A stretch of DNA of 64,000 bases from an uncultured Gemmatimonadales bacterium. Its GTDB lineage: Bacteria; Gemmatimonadota; Gemmatimonadetes; Palauibacterales; Palauibacteraceae. Below the pieces are notes generated by a model, which saw only the letters and a program-made list of their open reading frames with translations, ran no database searches and was not told the origin of the DNA. Location: NCBI GenBank assembly GCA_963783385.1, contig CAWANJ010000001.1, positions 32,001 through 96,000 on the forward strand, in the 5' to 3' direction. Below are positions 19,281-29,483 of this stretch, in pieces (positions within the stretch are counted from its first letter, which is position 1; each line of letters opens with the position of its first letter). A program made the translations under genes and the position numbers.

Positions 19281-21675
19281 GGGGGACGCCGCGGGCGGCG
19301 TGACCAGGGGCGCGCCCGCGGCCAGGCGCGCCTCGACCTCGCCGGCCGGCATGGGCTTGGCCAACACGTAGCCCTGCACGAGGGCGCAGCCCGAGCGCCG
19401 CAGGTGCTCGAGCTGCGCCGTCGTGTCCACGCCCTCGGCCACCGACACCATCCCCAGGTTCCGCGACAGCTCGAGGACGGTGTCCAGGATCCTGGCTCCG
19501 TCCGAGCCCCAGGTGGCCGCCCGCACGAAGGTCGCGTCGATCTTGAGGACGTCCAGCGGATACTGTCCCAGGTAGGCCAGGGACGAGTACCCGGTGCCGA
19601 AGTCGTCGACGCACAATCGGACGCCCCGTGAGCGGAGCGCGTCCACGATGCCGATCGCGTCCTCCGTGCGGTGGAGGAGAGTGCGCTCGGTGATCTCCAG
19701 CACGAGGCTGCGCGGCTCGACCCCGCTGCGGGCCAGGATCCCCTCGATCCGCCCCAGGAGCTCCGGGTGGGCGAGCTCTTCCACCGACAGGTTGACGTGG
19801 ACGTTCAGCGTCGCGGACGCGGGGTGGCGCTCGCGCCACGCGGCCAGGCGGCCGAGGGCCGCCTCGAGGACCCACCAGCCGATCCGCGGCAGGATGCGCG
19901 CCTCGCGTGCCACGTTCAGGAAGGCGGCCGGAGCCAGGAGTCCGCGCCGGGGGTGGCGCCAGCGCAGCAAGGCCTCGAGGGCCACGACTTCGAGGTCCGC
20001 CACCCGGGAGATGGGCTGGTAGTGGAGCTCGAACTGACCATCGGCGAGCGCCCTCCGCAGGTCGCCGGCCATCTCGAGGGCGCTCACGGCGTGCTCCCGG
20101 ATGCCGGGGGCGAAGATCGTGATCCGCTCCCGCGTCTGTCCCTTGGCCCGGCTGGCGGCCGCCTGCGCGTCGCGCAGCAGCTCGGCCGGGTCGTCGTAAT
20201 CGGGGCGTGACACCGCGATCCCGACCGAGCCGCTCGGGAACACGGCCCGGTCCCGCAGGGTGAGCGGGGCTTCCAGCTCCGCCAGGATGCGCAGGGCCAC
20301 GTCGCGGGCCTCCCCCGCCCCCACCACCGGTTCCACGAGCACACCGAAGCGGTCGTCGTCGATGCGGGCCACCGTGTCGTCGTCGCGGACGGCCCGCCGC
20401 AGTCGGGTCGCGACGGCGGCGAGGAGCTGATCGCCCGCCTCGCGCCCGAACGCCTCGTTCACCCGGTGGAAGTCGTCCAGTTCCAGGCACAGCACGCCGA
20501 AGCGCTCTCCCGCGCGCTGCACCCGGGAGCCGGCCATCCGGATCCGGTCGAGGAGGAGCGCCCGGTTGGCCAGGCCGGTCACCTCGTCGTAGAAGGCACG
20601 GCGGGCCAGCTCCTCCTGCATCCGCCGCTGGAAGCGGATGTCCCGGGCCAGGAGGGCCGTGCCCACCCGGAAGCCGTTCCGGTCCCGTAGCTCGCACGCG
20701 GACAGGCTGACCGGGACGACCTCGCCGTCCCGGCCCCGCAGGTCCGCCTCCTCGTTGCCGATGCGGTCCCGTTCGAGGGCGTTGCCGAGGGTGATCTCCG
20801 AGATTTCCGAGGCGGCCAGCTCGGACGCCGGCCGCCCCACGAGCTCGTCGGGGCTCGCGCCGACCAGCGTGCACAGGGCCGGGTTGACGAAGCGGAGAAG
20901 GCCATCACGGTCGCACAGCGCCACCAGCTCCGAGGTCGTGCGCACGAGCTGCTCCGCGGCGAGCGCCGGCGAGAGGTCGGTCAGACGGTGACGCCAGAAT
21001 GGCCCAGGCCGCGATGAGCGCGAACGCCGCCACGGCCTCCCAGCCGGCCGGATGGACCGGGATGCCGTAGGCCGGAAGGAAGTCGACCAGCGCCAGGTCC
21101 CCCACCAGGAAGGCCACGAGGAACGCGCGTGCGCGGCGGCGTGCCGTCCCGGGCGGCGAGCTCCTCCAGGCCCGCCACAGCTCGACGGGCGTGAGCAGCA
21201 GCAGGGCCGCGAACGGGACCGTGAACAGGAGACTGCGGGAGCCCAGGATCGGATAGGGACCCCACGGCCACGCACGGATCCCCGTGAGGAAGAGCCCCGA
21301 CCCTACGAGGACCGACGCGCAGACCGCGAAGTACACCCACGCGGCCCGCACGACCGCGGAGCGGCGCTCCTCCAGCTCGAGGACGCGCACGGCGAACTGG
21401 TAGGTGGCCGGCGCCAGGAAGGGAATCCCGAGATTCGCGAGTCGTGCCCAGGCGAGCGCGGTGGCCGGGTCGGCCGCCATGAGCATCCAGGAGGAGGCGA
21501 ACATCCACCACGCCGCCACGACCGTGAACAGGCCGAAGGCGCGGCTCTCCCGCGAGCGGTGCTCGCGGACCAGCGTAAAGGTGCCGACGCCCAGGAGGAG
21601 GGCCGAAACCATGAACGTGGGAATGGCGGCGGGCCGGGCCACGTACGCGCCCGCCAGAAGCAGCGTGTCTGCCAT
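19272..21675 (-). CDS. 7TM-PAS-GGDEF(degenerate)-EAL c-di-GMP phosphodiesterase (frameshift near 20990)
   Basis: Hydrophobic 7TM-like N-terminal ORF (20905-21675) continues in another frame into PAS, YDEVTGLANR, DDDRF in place of GGDEF, EALLRW, DDFGTGYSSL and AEGVD. Confidence 0.88.
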
Positions 21676-21970
21676 CGAGCCTCCTCACACCTCGCCGCGC
21701 GCGTCCCGAGCGCCGGCGGCCCATCCCTCCCCCTCCCGGACCGAAGGCAAGCCCCGTACCCCGGGCGACCGGGATTCACGGGCCGTGCCAAGACCTGTCC
21801 CTGCATAGCGTTAGGACCAGCATTGTCACCCGGAGGCTGTGGCGCCCACCCCACGCCCCGTGGTGACTTCTGTTCAGGACGTTGAAACGATTTCCGGGCG
21901 TTGACCGGCGGCACCGGCCGCGGCAGTATGGGCCCGTTCGACACACTCACCCCGGCACGGAGACCCGGCC

Positions 21971-24071
21971 ATGTCCAGCCGTCCAGTCCCGATCGTCGCG
22001 GCGCTGTGCGCAGTAGCCGCCCTCGCCCTCCCGACGCGGGCCCGTACCCAGGAGGTCGCCGGAGCCCCCAGCTTCCGGCACGTGCTCGGCCTGCGCTCGG
22101 TGGGAGCGGTGGCCATCGCGCCCGACGGGTCGACCGTCGCCTACGAGGTGCGGGGGGCCGACTGGGACGCGAACCGGTACGACACCGAGATCTGGCTCGT
22201 GCGGCCGGGCGCGGCGCCCTTCCAGCTCACCCGGACGGCGAAGGGGAGCTCCACGAGCCCGGCCTGGTCCCCCGACGGCAAGTGGATCGCTTTCCTCTCC
22301 TCCCGGGAGGAGGGGAAGACGCAGGTGTGGCTCATCCGCCCCGACGGGGGCGAGGCGCGGCCGCTGACCGACGTGGCCGAGGGCGTGCGCTCCTTCGCCT
22401 GGAGCCCGGACGGCGCGAGCCTGGCGGTCTCGATCCAGGAGACCGAGAGCGCCGCCATGAAGGCGCGGAAGAAGGACTACGGGGACTGGAGGGTCGAGAG
22501 TGAGACCGCGCCCCCCGTCCACCTGTGGGTGATGGACGTGTCGAAGGCGCTGGCCACCGAGGCCGGCGCGAAGCTGCCGGGTGACTCGGCGGGGACCGAC
22601 TCGGCAGCCTACATCCTCCGCGCGCGGCGCCGCTTTTCGGGCGCTGACCCCGGGCGCCGCCTACACGGTCGTCGGCTTCCGCTGGTCACCCGACGGGTCA
22701 CGGATCGCTTTCTCCCACCAGCCGGACGGCCGCGTGCCCTCGTTCACGCACCGGGACCTGTCGGTGGTCGACGTGGCCACGGACTCGATCCGAACGCTGG
22801 TGGACTGGCCGGGCGCGGACGCGGGGCCCGTGTGGTCCCCGGACGGCCGCTGGATCGCCTTCTCCACCGGCGCCGGGGACACCGCCTACTACACCACGGA
22901 CGAGATCGCGAAGGTCCGCGCCTCCGGCGGGAAGCCGGAGCTCCTCACCGGCTCCTACGACTCGAACGCCGACCCGGTGGCGTGGCTCCCGGACGGGCTC
23001 GTCGTGGCGGGGTGGCGGCAGGGGCAGACGGTGCTGTATCGCATGGATTCCGAATCGACGAAGATGACGGTGATCACCGACGCGCCGCGAGCCTTCCGCT
23101 CGGTGGACTACACGCCCGATGGGAAGTCGGCGGCCTTCGTGGGCGCCACCCCGACCGAGCTGTCGGAGGTCTACCTCACATCGGCCGGCGACTGGAGGCC
23201 GCGCAAGCTCACCGACATGACCGCCCAGGTGGCCGGCTGGCCCGTCGGCACCGAGCGCGACATCGCCTGGAAGAGCAAGGACGGGGCGGTCGTGCACGGC
23301 GTGCTCATCACGCCGCCGGGCTTCGACTCCACCCGCCGGCACCCGCTCGTGGTGCGCATCCACGGCGGTCCCACCGGCATCGACCTCCCCATCCTCTCGA
23401 GCCAGGTCGAATCGTACGTGTACCCGCTCACCCAGTGGCTCGCCCGCGGCGCCGTGGTGCTCATGCCCAACTACCGCGGCTCCCTCGGCTACGGACAGGG
23501 GTTCGAGAAGCTCAACGTCGGCAACCTGGGCGTGGGCGACGCGTGGGACGTGATGTCGGGCGTGCAGGCGCTCATCGACCGCGGGATGGTGGACCCCGAC
23601 AGCATGGTGGCCATGGGCTGGAGCGAGGGCGGCTACATCTCGGCCTTCCTCACCACCACCACCCACCGCTTCAAGGCCATCTCGGTGGGCGCCGGGATCT
23701 CCGACTGGATGACCTACTACGTGAACACGGACATCCACCCGTTCACGATCTCGTACCTGGGCGGCACCCCCTGGGACCTGCCGAAGGTGTACGCGAAGAC
23801 CTCGCCCATCACCTACCTCAAGCAGGCCTCGACCCCGACCCTCATCCAGCACGACGACGGCGACCCGCGGGTGCCCCCGCCCAACGGGTTCGAGCTCTAC
23901 CAGGGGCTCGAGGACGTGGGCGTGCCCGTGAAGTTCATCCTCTACCACGCCGACAGCCACGGCGTCCCGACTCCGAAGCAGCGCCTGGCCGCGACCTGGC
24001 ACAACTGGGCCTGGGTGGCGAAGTGGCTGTACGGGGAGGACGTGAAGCTGCCGTTTCCGGAAGGGGGCTGA
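21971..24071 (+). CDS. Secreted S9 prolyl oligopeptidase/acylaminoacyl peptidase (frameshift near 22620)
   Basis: Signal peptide, WSPDG PD40 repeats, IHGGP, PNYRGS, nucleophile GWSEGG, D-PRVP and SHG. Confidence 0.9.
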
Positions 24072-24119
24072 CCACACGAAGACGGTGCGCTCCGGGGCTC
24101 AGGGGCGGAACGCAGGGCC

Positions 24120-24229
24120 ATGAGCGTGTTCATGGTGGACCGAAACCTCCCCGGCATCACACTCGACCCGCTGGCCGACGCGCACAAGCCAGCCATCGAC
24201 ACGAGCCGCCGCTTCACCGAGGCCGGTCA
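24120..24229 (+). pseudogene. Truncated DUF4242-like gene fragment
   Basis: MSVFMVDRNLPGITLDPLADAHKPAIDTSRRFTEAG resembles the DUF4242 N-terminus; the resemblance ends where the convergent ctaB stop lies. Confidence 0.5.
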
Positions 24230-25165
24230 GGACGACACGAGCCGTCCGACCGCGAGGAGACCCAGCACGAGGGGAAGATACGCGAGCGAGACCAGGAAGA
24301 GCCGGCGTGACCGGCGCGCGGTCACCCCGGCCAGGAGCGGCACGGCGGCCGCCAGGTAGAGGCTCCCGAGCAGGAGGGCACCGGCCAGGTAGAGCCCGCC
24401 CCCCAGGTCCAGAACGACCGGCAGCGCGCTCACCAGCAGGAGGAGAGCCGCCGATCCCGCCGCCTGCCACGCCGTCCACCGGCCCGTCGGGTCGGCCACG
24501 GCCACCGTGCGGTAGCCGCCCCTGCGGTAGTCTTCCCGGCACAGCCAGTCGAGCCCGGCGAAGTGCGGGATCTGCCACAGGAACACGAGCGCGAACAGCG
24601 CCCACGCGCCGGGGTCCAGCGAGCCGGTGGCCGCCGCCCACCCGCCCATCACGGGCAGGGCTCCCGGGGCGCTCCCCACCAGGACCGCCGCGGGGGAGAC
24701 TCGCTTCATCGGCGTGTACACGAATGCGTAGGCGACGAGCGTCAGGGCCGCCAGGGCGGCCGTGAGGATGTTGAGCACGGCTCCCAGCAGGCCGATCCCC
24801 GCCAGGGAGACGATCCCGACGAAGGCCGCGGCCCGCATCGGTGTCACCCGTCCCGAGGGGATCGGGCGGCCCCGCGTGCGCGTCATGCGCGCGTCCTGCT
24901 CGCGCTCCAGCAGCTGGTTCAGGCCGTTGGTGCCCGACGCGGCCAGGTAGGTCCCCAGGACGAGGGCCGCCAGCCGTAGCATCCCGGACCCCGGGGCGGT
25001 CGCCAGCCCCCCGCCGCCCCGGGCCGCTACGTAGCCCGCCGCCGCCGTCAGCGTGGCCAGCAGCGAGATCCCCGGCTTCCCCAGCTCGAGGTAGGCCCTG
25101 GCCGCCCCCGCGGACGGTGCGGACGGCCGCACGTGAGAGCCGGGTCGATTCCCTGGTGCTGGCAT
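24227..25165 (-). CDS. ctaB: Protoheme IX farnesyltransferase (heme o synthase)
   Basis: NQLLEREQDARMTRTRGRPIPSGR, YTPMKR, GALPVMGGW, LWQIPHF, REDYRRGG. Confidence 0.95.
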   Translation of the reverse strand: MPAPGNRPGSHVRPSAPSAGAARAYLELGKPGISLLATLTAAAGYVAARGGGGLATAPGSGMLRLAALVLGTYLAASGTNGLNQLLEREQDARMTRTRGRPIPSGRVTPMRAAAFVGIVSLAGIGLLGAVLNILTAALAALTLVAYAFVYTPMKRVSPAAVLVGSAPGALPVMGGWAAATGSLDPGAWALFALVFLWQIPHFAGLDWLCREDYRRGGYRTVAVADPTGRWTAWQAAGSAALLLLVSALPVVLDLGGGLYLAGALLLGSLYLAAAVPLLAGVTARRSRRLFLVSLAYLPLVLGLLAVGRLVSS

Positions 25166-25174
25166 GATCCCCCC

Positions 25175-25212
25175 TTGACGCCGTATACCTCATAACATCA
25201 TGATTTATTCAT
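25175..25212 (+). promoter_or_regulatory. Putative promoter and AT-rich operator in the ctaB / heme-copper operon divergence
   Basis: TTGACG at 25175 followed about 18 nt later by CATGAT; imperfect palindrome ATAACATCATGATTTAT overlaps the -10 region. Confidence 0.4.
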
Positions 25213-25272
25213 CTGCTCGCCGCAAGCCGGCGAGAACGACCCACTTCCGAGCCACCACCGCGGGAGGTCCGC

Positions 25273-25429
25273 GTGGACGATCCGCACGTGCAGTCCGAAG
25301 AGGTGCCATGGCAGCAGCGGGTGATGAACAGCATCTCGGATGCTGGCCCTGGCCGCCGTCGTGTTCTTCTTCCTCTCCTATGTGGTGTGGGGGCTCATCG
25401 ACCTCCTGAGCGTCCGCGCGGGAGGCTGA
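25273..25429 (+). CDS. Small single-TM protein, probable accessory subunit of the heme-copper enzyme (one extra base near 25336)
   Basis: GGAGG RBS. Removing one base gives MDDPHVQSEEVPWQQRVMNSIWMLALAAVVFFFLSYVVWGLIDLLSVRAGG, ending 1 nt before subunit II. Not in the ORF track. Confidence 0.65.
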
Positions 25430-25430
25430 G

Positions 25431-25967
25431 ATGAGCTCTCCGCTGAAGTCCCCCGAGGGCGTGTGGTGGAACTGGACCGTGAGCCGCCAGGAACGGACCT
25501 GGCTCGGCATGGCCCTCCTCTGGTGCATCATCCTGTTCGGCTGGATGATCGGCTGGCGGGAGCTCGGCGCCCAGAACCCGGTCGGTCCGACCACGCGGAT
25601 CAGTCCCGATCGGTACCGGGCCGAGGTCCAGGCCTACGAGAAGGAGGCCCGGCACACCGACGAGGGCCTGGTGCCCGCCGGCGCGGACGTGTACGTCGAG
25701 GCGCAGCAGTGGACCTGGAACGGCCTCCCCGTCGTGCTCCAGGCCGGCAAACCGTACCGCCTGCACCTCAGCAGCTACGACGTCCAGCACGGCTTCGGGC
25801 TCCACCGCGAGGCCCGGATGATCGAGCAGTTCAACCTGCAGGTCCTGCCCGGATACGAGTGGGTCGTTCCCATCGAGTTCGAGCACCCCGGCACCTACGA
25901 TGTCCAGTGCAACGAGTTCTGTGGCGTGGGCCACCGGACCATGCACGGACAGATCATCGTCAAGTGA
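25431..25967 (+). CDS. Heme-copper oxidoreductase subunit II (CuA), B-family/eNOR type
   Basis: Single TM helix, DVQHGF and CuA motif CNEFCGVGHRTM. Confidence 0.93.
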   Translation: MSSPLKSPEGVWWNWTVSRQERTWLGMALLWCIILFGWMIGWRELGAQNPVGPTTRISPDRYRAEVQAYEKEARHTDEGLVPAGADVYVEAQQWTWNGLPVVLQAGKPYRLHLSSYDVQHGFGLHREARMIEQFNLQVLPGYEWVVPIEFEHPGTYDVQCNEFCGVGHRTMHGQIIVK

Positions 25968-25982
25968 GGGAGGGCTAGAAAC

Positions 25983-27689
25983 ATGGCGATCGGCCTCCTG
26001 GACGCACCGTACGGCGAGGACGGCTTCCGGACCTGCGAGGTGACGGGCCTTCGCATCCACCGCTCCGCCGAAGTGCCCGTCAAGATGTTCGGTCTCACGG
26101 CCGTCGTGGCCCTCATCGTGGGCGGGATCGCCGCTCTCCTCGTGGCGCTCACTCGCTGGGAGGCGGTGGGCATCCTGCAGCCCACGGCGTTTTACAAGTA
26201 CCTGAGCCTGCACGCCTGGAACCTCCTCATCTTCTGGATGGTGTTCATGGAGGTGGCCATCCTGTACGTGGGGGGACCCATGGTGCTGGGCCGGAAGCTT
26301 CCGGCGCCTCGCCTCGCGAAACTCGGCTGGGCGGTCATGGTCGCCTCGGCCGTGCTCATCGAGTACGCGATCTGGACGACCACCTACCCCAACCAGGAGC
26401 CGCTGCTCACCTCCTACGCGCCGCTCAAGTCCTCGGCGTTGTTCTACCTGGGGGTGGACACGTTCATCCTGGGAACCGTGGTCGCGGCCCTTCCCTTCTT
26501 CGCCTGCATTTGGCAGGAGAAGAGCGAGCACCCCGACCGCACCCTTCCCCTGGTCACCTTCGGCGCGTTCGTGACCGGCATCATCGCCGTCGAGGCCCTC
26601 CTGGGCGGCCTCATCACCTACGTGCCGACCTTCCTGTGGCGGATCGGGCTGGTGGGACACATTGACGCGGCCTGGTACCGGCAAATGTACTGGATCATCG
26701 GCCACGGCACCCAGCAGATCAACCTCGCCGCCATGGTCACGGTGTGGTACTTCATGACCCATCTCACCGCCGGGGCCGAGGTGGTGAGCGAGAAGGTCTC
26801 GCGGGGCGCCTTCATCCTCTACCTGTTCTTCATCAACATGGGCGCCGCCCACCACCTCATGGCGGATCCGGGCGTCTCGGCCAGCTGGAAGATGTGGAAC
26901 ACCTCCTACGCCATGTACGGCGCCGTGCTGGCCAGCCTCATCCACGCCTTCGCCATCCCGGCGGGCCTGGAGGCGGGTCGCCGCAAGCGCGGCCTGGGCG
27001 GGGACAGCTGGTTCGGCTGGCTGAAGACGGCCCCGTGGCACGACCCCGGCTTCTCGGCCACGGCGCTAAGCATCGTCCTGTTCGGCTTCCTGGGCGGCAT
27101 CACGGGCGTCCTCATGGGGCAGATGCAGCTCAACACCATGCGGCACAACACGCTGGCCGTACCCGGCCATTTCCACGGCACCGTGGCGGTGGGGACCACG
27201 CTGGCGTTCATGGGCCTCGTCTACTACGTGATCCGACTCATCTTCCGGAAGGAATGGGTGTTCGAGCGGTTGGCCCGGCTGCAGCCGTATCTGTACGGCT
27301 TCGCCATGAGCATCGCGGCCATGGCCATGATGGAGGCGGGCATCCTGTACGGCGTGCCCCGGAGAGACCCGATCACCACGTCCATTCCCGGCACGCACTT
27401 CAGCTTCTCGGCCGCCAGCCCCATGCTGGCCGTGCTCGGGATCGCAGCATCGGTGGCCGTGCTGGCCGGCGCGATCTTCGTGCTCGTGGCCGTGGGCTCT
27501 CTCCTGTTCGGGAAGGAGGCGCGTATGCGGGTGCCGGTGCCGCTATCCCTGACCGGGAGCGATGCCCCGGTGCACCGGTACTCGATGCGGGGCACGCTGG
27601 CCATGTGCGGATTCTTCCTGGCCGTGTTCGCCCTGTTCTACGGCATGGACTGGATGTGGCTGTCACGGCTGTGGATGTTCGGCGGATGA
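25983..27689 (+). CDS. Heme-copper oxidoreductase subunit I, probable eNOR-type nitric oxide reductase
   Basis: His ligands present (SLHAW, GHGTQQ, AHHL, GHFHG), but the H-x3-Y cross-link Tyr is Gln (YWIIGHGTQQINL, 26703-26717). Confidence 0.85.
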   Translation: MAIGLLDAPYGEDGFRTCEVTGLRIHRSAEVPVKMFGLTAVVALIVGGIAALLVALTRWEAVGILQPTAFYKYLSLHAWNLLIFWMVFMEVAILYVGGPMVLGRKLPAPRLAKLGWAVMVASAVLIEYAIWTTTYPNQEPLLTSYAPLKSSALFYLGVDTFILGTVVAALPFFACIWQEKSEHPDRTLPLVTFGAFVTGIIAVEALLGGLITYVPTFLWRIGLVGHIDAAWYRQMYWIIGHGTQQINLAAMVTVWYFMTHLTAGAEVVSEKVSRGAFILYLFFINMGAAHHLMADPGVSASWKMWNTSYAMYGAVLASLIHAFAIPAGLEAGRRKRGLGGDSWFGWLKTAPWHDPGFSATALSIVLFGFLGGITGVLMGQMQLNTMRHNTLAVPGHFHGTVAVGTTLAFMGLVYYVIRLIFRKEWVFERLARLQPYLYGFAMSIAAMAMMEAGILYGVPRRDPITTSIPGTHFSFSAASPMLAVLGIAASVAVLAGAIFVLVAVGSLLFGKEARMRVPVPLSLTGSDAPVHRYSMRGTLAMCGFFLAVFALFYGMDWMWLSRLWMFGG

Positions 27690-27788
27690 TCGGCGCGGCG
27701 GTGGGATCGCGGGAGGGACCGGCGACCCGGATTCGCCCCTGGAGCCGGAACGAAGCGCGGGCTCGAACGGTAGAGAGGAGGCGACTCG

Positions 27789-27956
27789 ATGTCCGATGAG
27801 GCGGGTGTCGCACGGAGCCCGGACGGCGGGGTCTCGAGCGACCCGAACGTCGAAGACAACGGCCCCTGGTTCGGCGTCTTCCTGTTCGTGGTCGTGACCC
27901 TGTTCGCGGCCGCAGCGGCCGCCGTCATACACTCTCTCGTGGCCACGTTCGGTTGA
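27789..27956 (+). CDS. Small single-TM hypothetical protein (55 aa)
   Basis: AGGAG RBS; MSDEAGVARSPDGGVSSDPNVEDNGPWFGVFLFVVVTLFAAAAAAVIHSLVATFG. Not in the ORF track. Confidence 0.6.
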   Translation: MSDEAGVARSPDGGVSSDPNVEDNGPWFGVFLFVVVTLFAAAAAAVIHSLVATFG

Positions 27957-28018
27957 GGCCCCCGGGCCGGAATCTCCGGTCCCGCGCACCGCCGGGGCGT
28001 GGGAAGGGCGAGCGCAGG

Positions 28019-28432
28019 ATGCTGTCCCAGACCGCCGAATACGCCCTCCGGGCCGCCATCCGGCTCGCCTCCCGACCCGACGCGGACCCCGTCCGCGTCG
28101 AGGACCTGGCCGCGGAGCTCGACCTGCCTCGCAACTACCTCTCCAAGATTCTGCACACGCTGGCCCGGAAGGAGGTGCTGGAGTCCGTCAAGGGACCGGG
28201 CGGCGGATTCCGGCTGGCGGGACCACCCGCGGAGCTCACGCTGTTCGAGGTGGTAAGCCAGTTCGACGACCTCTCGCCCGGCCGAACCTGCGTCCTGGGA
28301 CGGCCGTGCTGCAGCGACACCGACCCCTGCCCGGTCCACGAGCGGTGGTTCCCGGTGTCCGAGAGGATCGCGCAGTTCTTCCGCGAGACCACCCTGGCGG
28401 ACGCCGCAGCCGGGGTGAGCGAAGTCCGGTAG
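28019..28432 (+). CDS. Rrf2-family transcriptional regulator with Cys-rich C-terminus
   Basis: MLSQTAEYALRA, YLSKILHTL, SVKGPGGGFRLA, CVLGRPCCSDTDPCPVH. Confidence 0.93.
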   Translation: MLSQTAEYALRAAIRLASRPDADPVRVEDLAAELDLPRNYLSKILHTLARKEVLESVKGPGGGFRLAGPPAELTLFEVVSQFDDLSPGRTCVLGRPCCSDTDPCPVHERWFPVSERIAQFFRETTLADAAAGVSEVR

Positions 28433-28493
28433 CGCACCCCGGAGCGTCCGGGTCGGGCGCCCGGCCCGGTCGGCCGACCGACCCTGCCTCACC

Positions 28494-29483
28494 TCAGCCC
28501 AGGATCGCCTCCACTCCGGCGCATACGAACGCCCACTGGAGCCGCATCTGGTCGGCCACCGGGACGGGACGGAGCTCGTCGGCGTCGGCGTCGCGGGAGG
28601 CTCCCAGGAAGAGCGGCACCTCGGACACCAGCGTGAGGGGGTCGCCCCCCAGGGCGCGGATCGTCTCCATGGAGCTCGGCCGGAAGCGGGCGGCCGCCTC
28701 CGGGTCGCCGGCGGCCAGAAAGTGCTCGCGCATCGACACGTGGTTGGGCCGGGTGGCGAAGCCGGGCGCCAGCCGGTGGAAGCCCTTCTCCCCGGCCCGC
28801 TCCACGTCGTGCAGCGCGTAGCCGGAGTGCTCCGCCGACGCCCGACAGCGCTCCATGAGCCGGTCCAGCGCCGCCCGGCCGCGCCACCCGGGCTCGACCA
28901 GGTACCAGGCCCCGCCGGCCACCGACATCCCGTGCAGGGAGGCGTGCAGGGCGAAGGAGCCCGCCTCCCGCCACCAGGCCCACGCGGCACGGTTCTCCGG
29001 CCGCGCCCCGTCGTCCTCGTCCCGGAAGGGGAAGCCGAACTCAATGTCGTCTCCGGGGAGCTCCCGGACGACGTGAAGCCGGTAGAGCGCGGGGTCGTAG
29101 GCGTCCGGACCGTCGGCGAGCGCTCCCGGCCCGGTGGCGCCGGAAGACCGCTGCCACGCCGCGTTGGCGGCGTCTCCGTCCGGATTGAGGTGCGGGAGGA
29201 TCCACCACTCCGCCGCCGTGAGGAGCGGGTCCGCCGCCGGTAGCTCGGCCAGGTGCGCCGCGAGCCGCCGCAGGAGCCGGGGGCCCACGGGCTCGTCCGC
29301 GTGGCAGCCGGCCACGAGGCTCACGCGACGCGGTCCCTGGCCCATCCGGAAGGCACACACGGGGCGCCCCTCACGCGACCGACCGATGAGGTCGCCCTCG
29401 TCCGGGCCCACCGGCTCGCAGGCGAGGATCTCCTCGAAGCGGCCCTCGAGGGTGTCGTAGCCGGGCGGTCGCGGGCCGCTCAC
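28494..29483 (-). CDS. M14 zinc carboxypeptidase-like protein
   Basis: IGRSREGR, GCHADEP (HxxE), LNPDG, SLHG. Confidence 0.85.
   Translation of the reverse strand: MSGPRPPGYDTLEGRFEEILACEPVGPDEGDLIGRSREGRPVCAFRMGQGPRRVSLVAGCHADEPVGPRLLRRLAAHLAELPAADPLLTAAEWWILPHLNPDGDAANAAWQRSSGATGPGALADGPDAYDPALYRLHVVRELPGDDIEFGFPFRDEDDGARPENRAAWAWWREAGSFALHASLHGMSVAGGAWYLVEPGWRGRAALDRLMERCRASAEHSGYALHDVERAGEKGFHRLAPGFATRPNHVSMREHFLAAGDPEAAARFRPSSMETIRALGGDPLTLVSEVPLFLGASRDADADELRPVPVADQMRLQWAFVCAGVEAILG

Noticed and set aside
25983-27689. Ordinary aa3/ba3 cytochrome c oxidase subunit I
   Set aside because: The H-P-x-V-Y motif is absent; the Tyr position is Gln.
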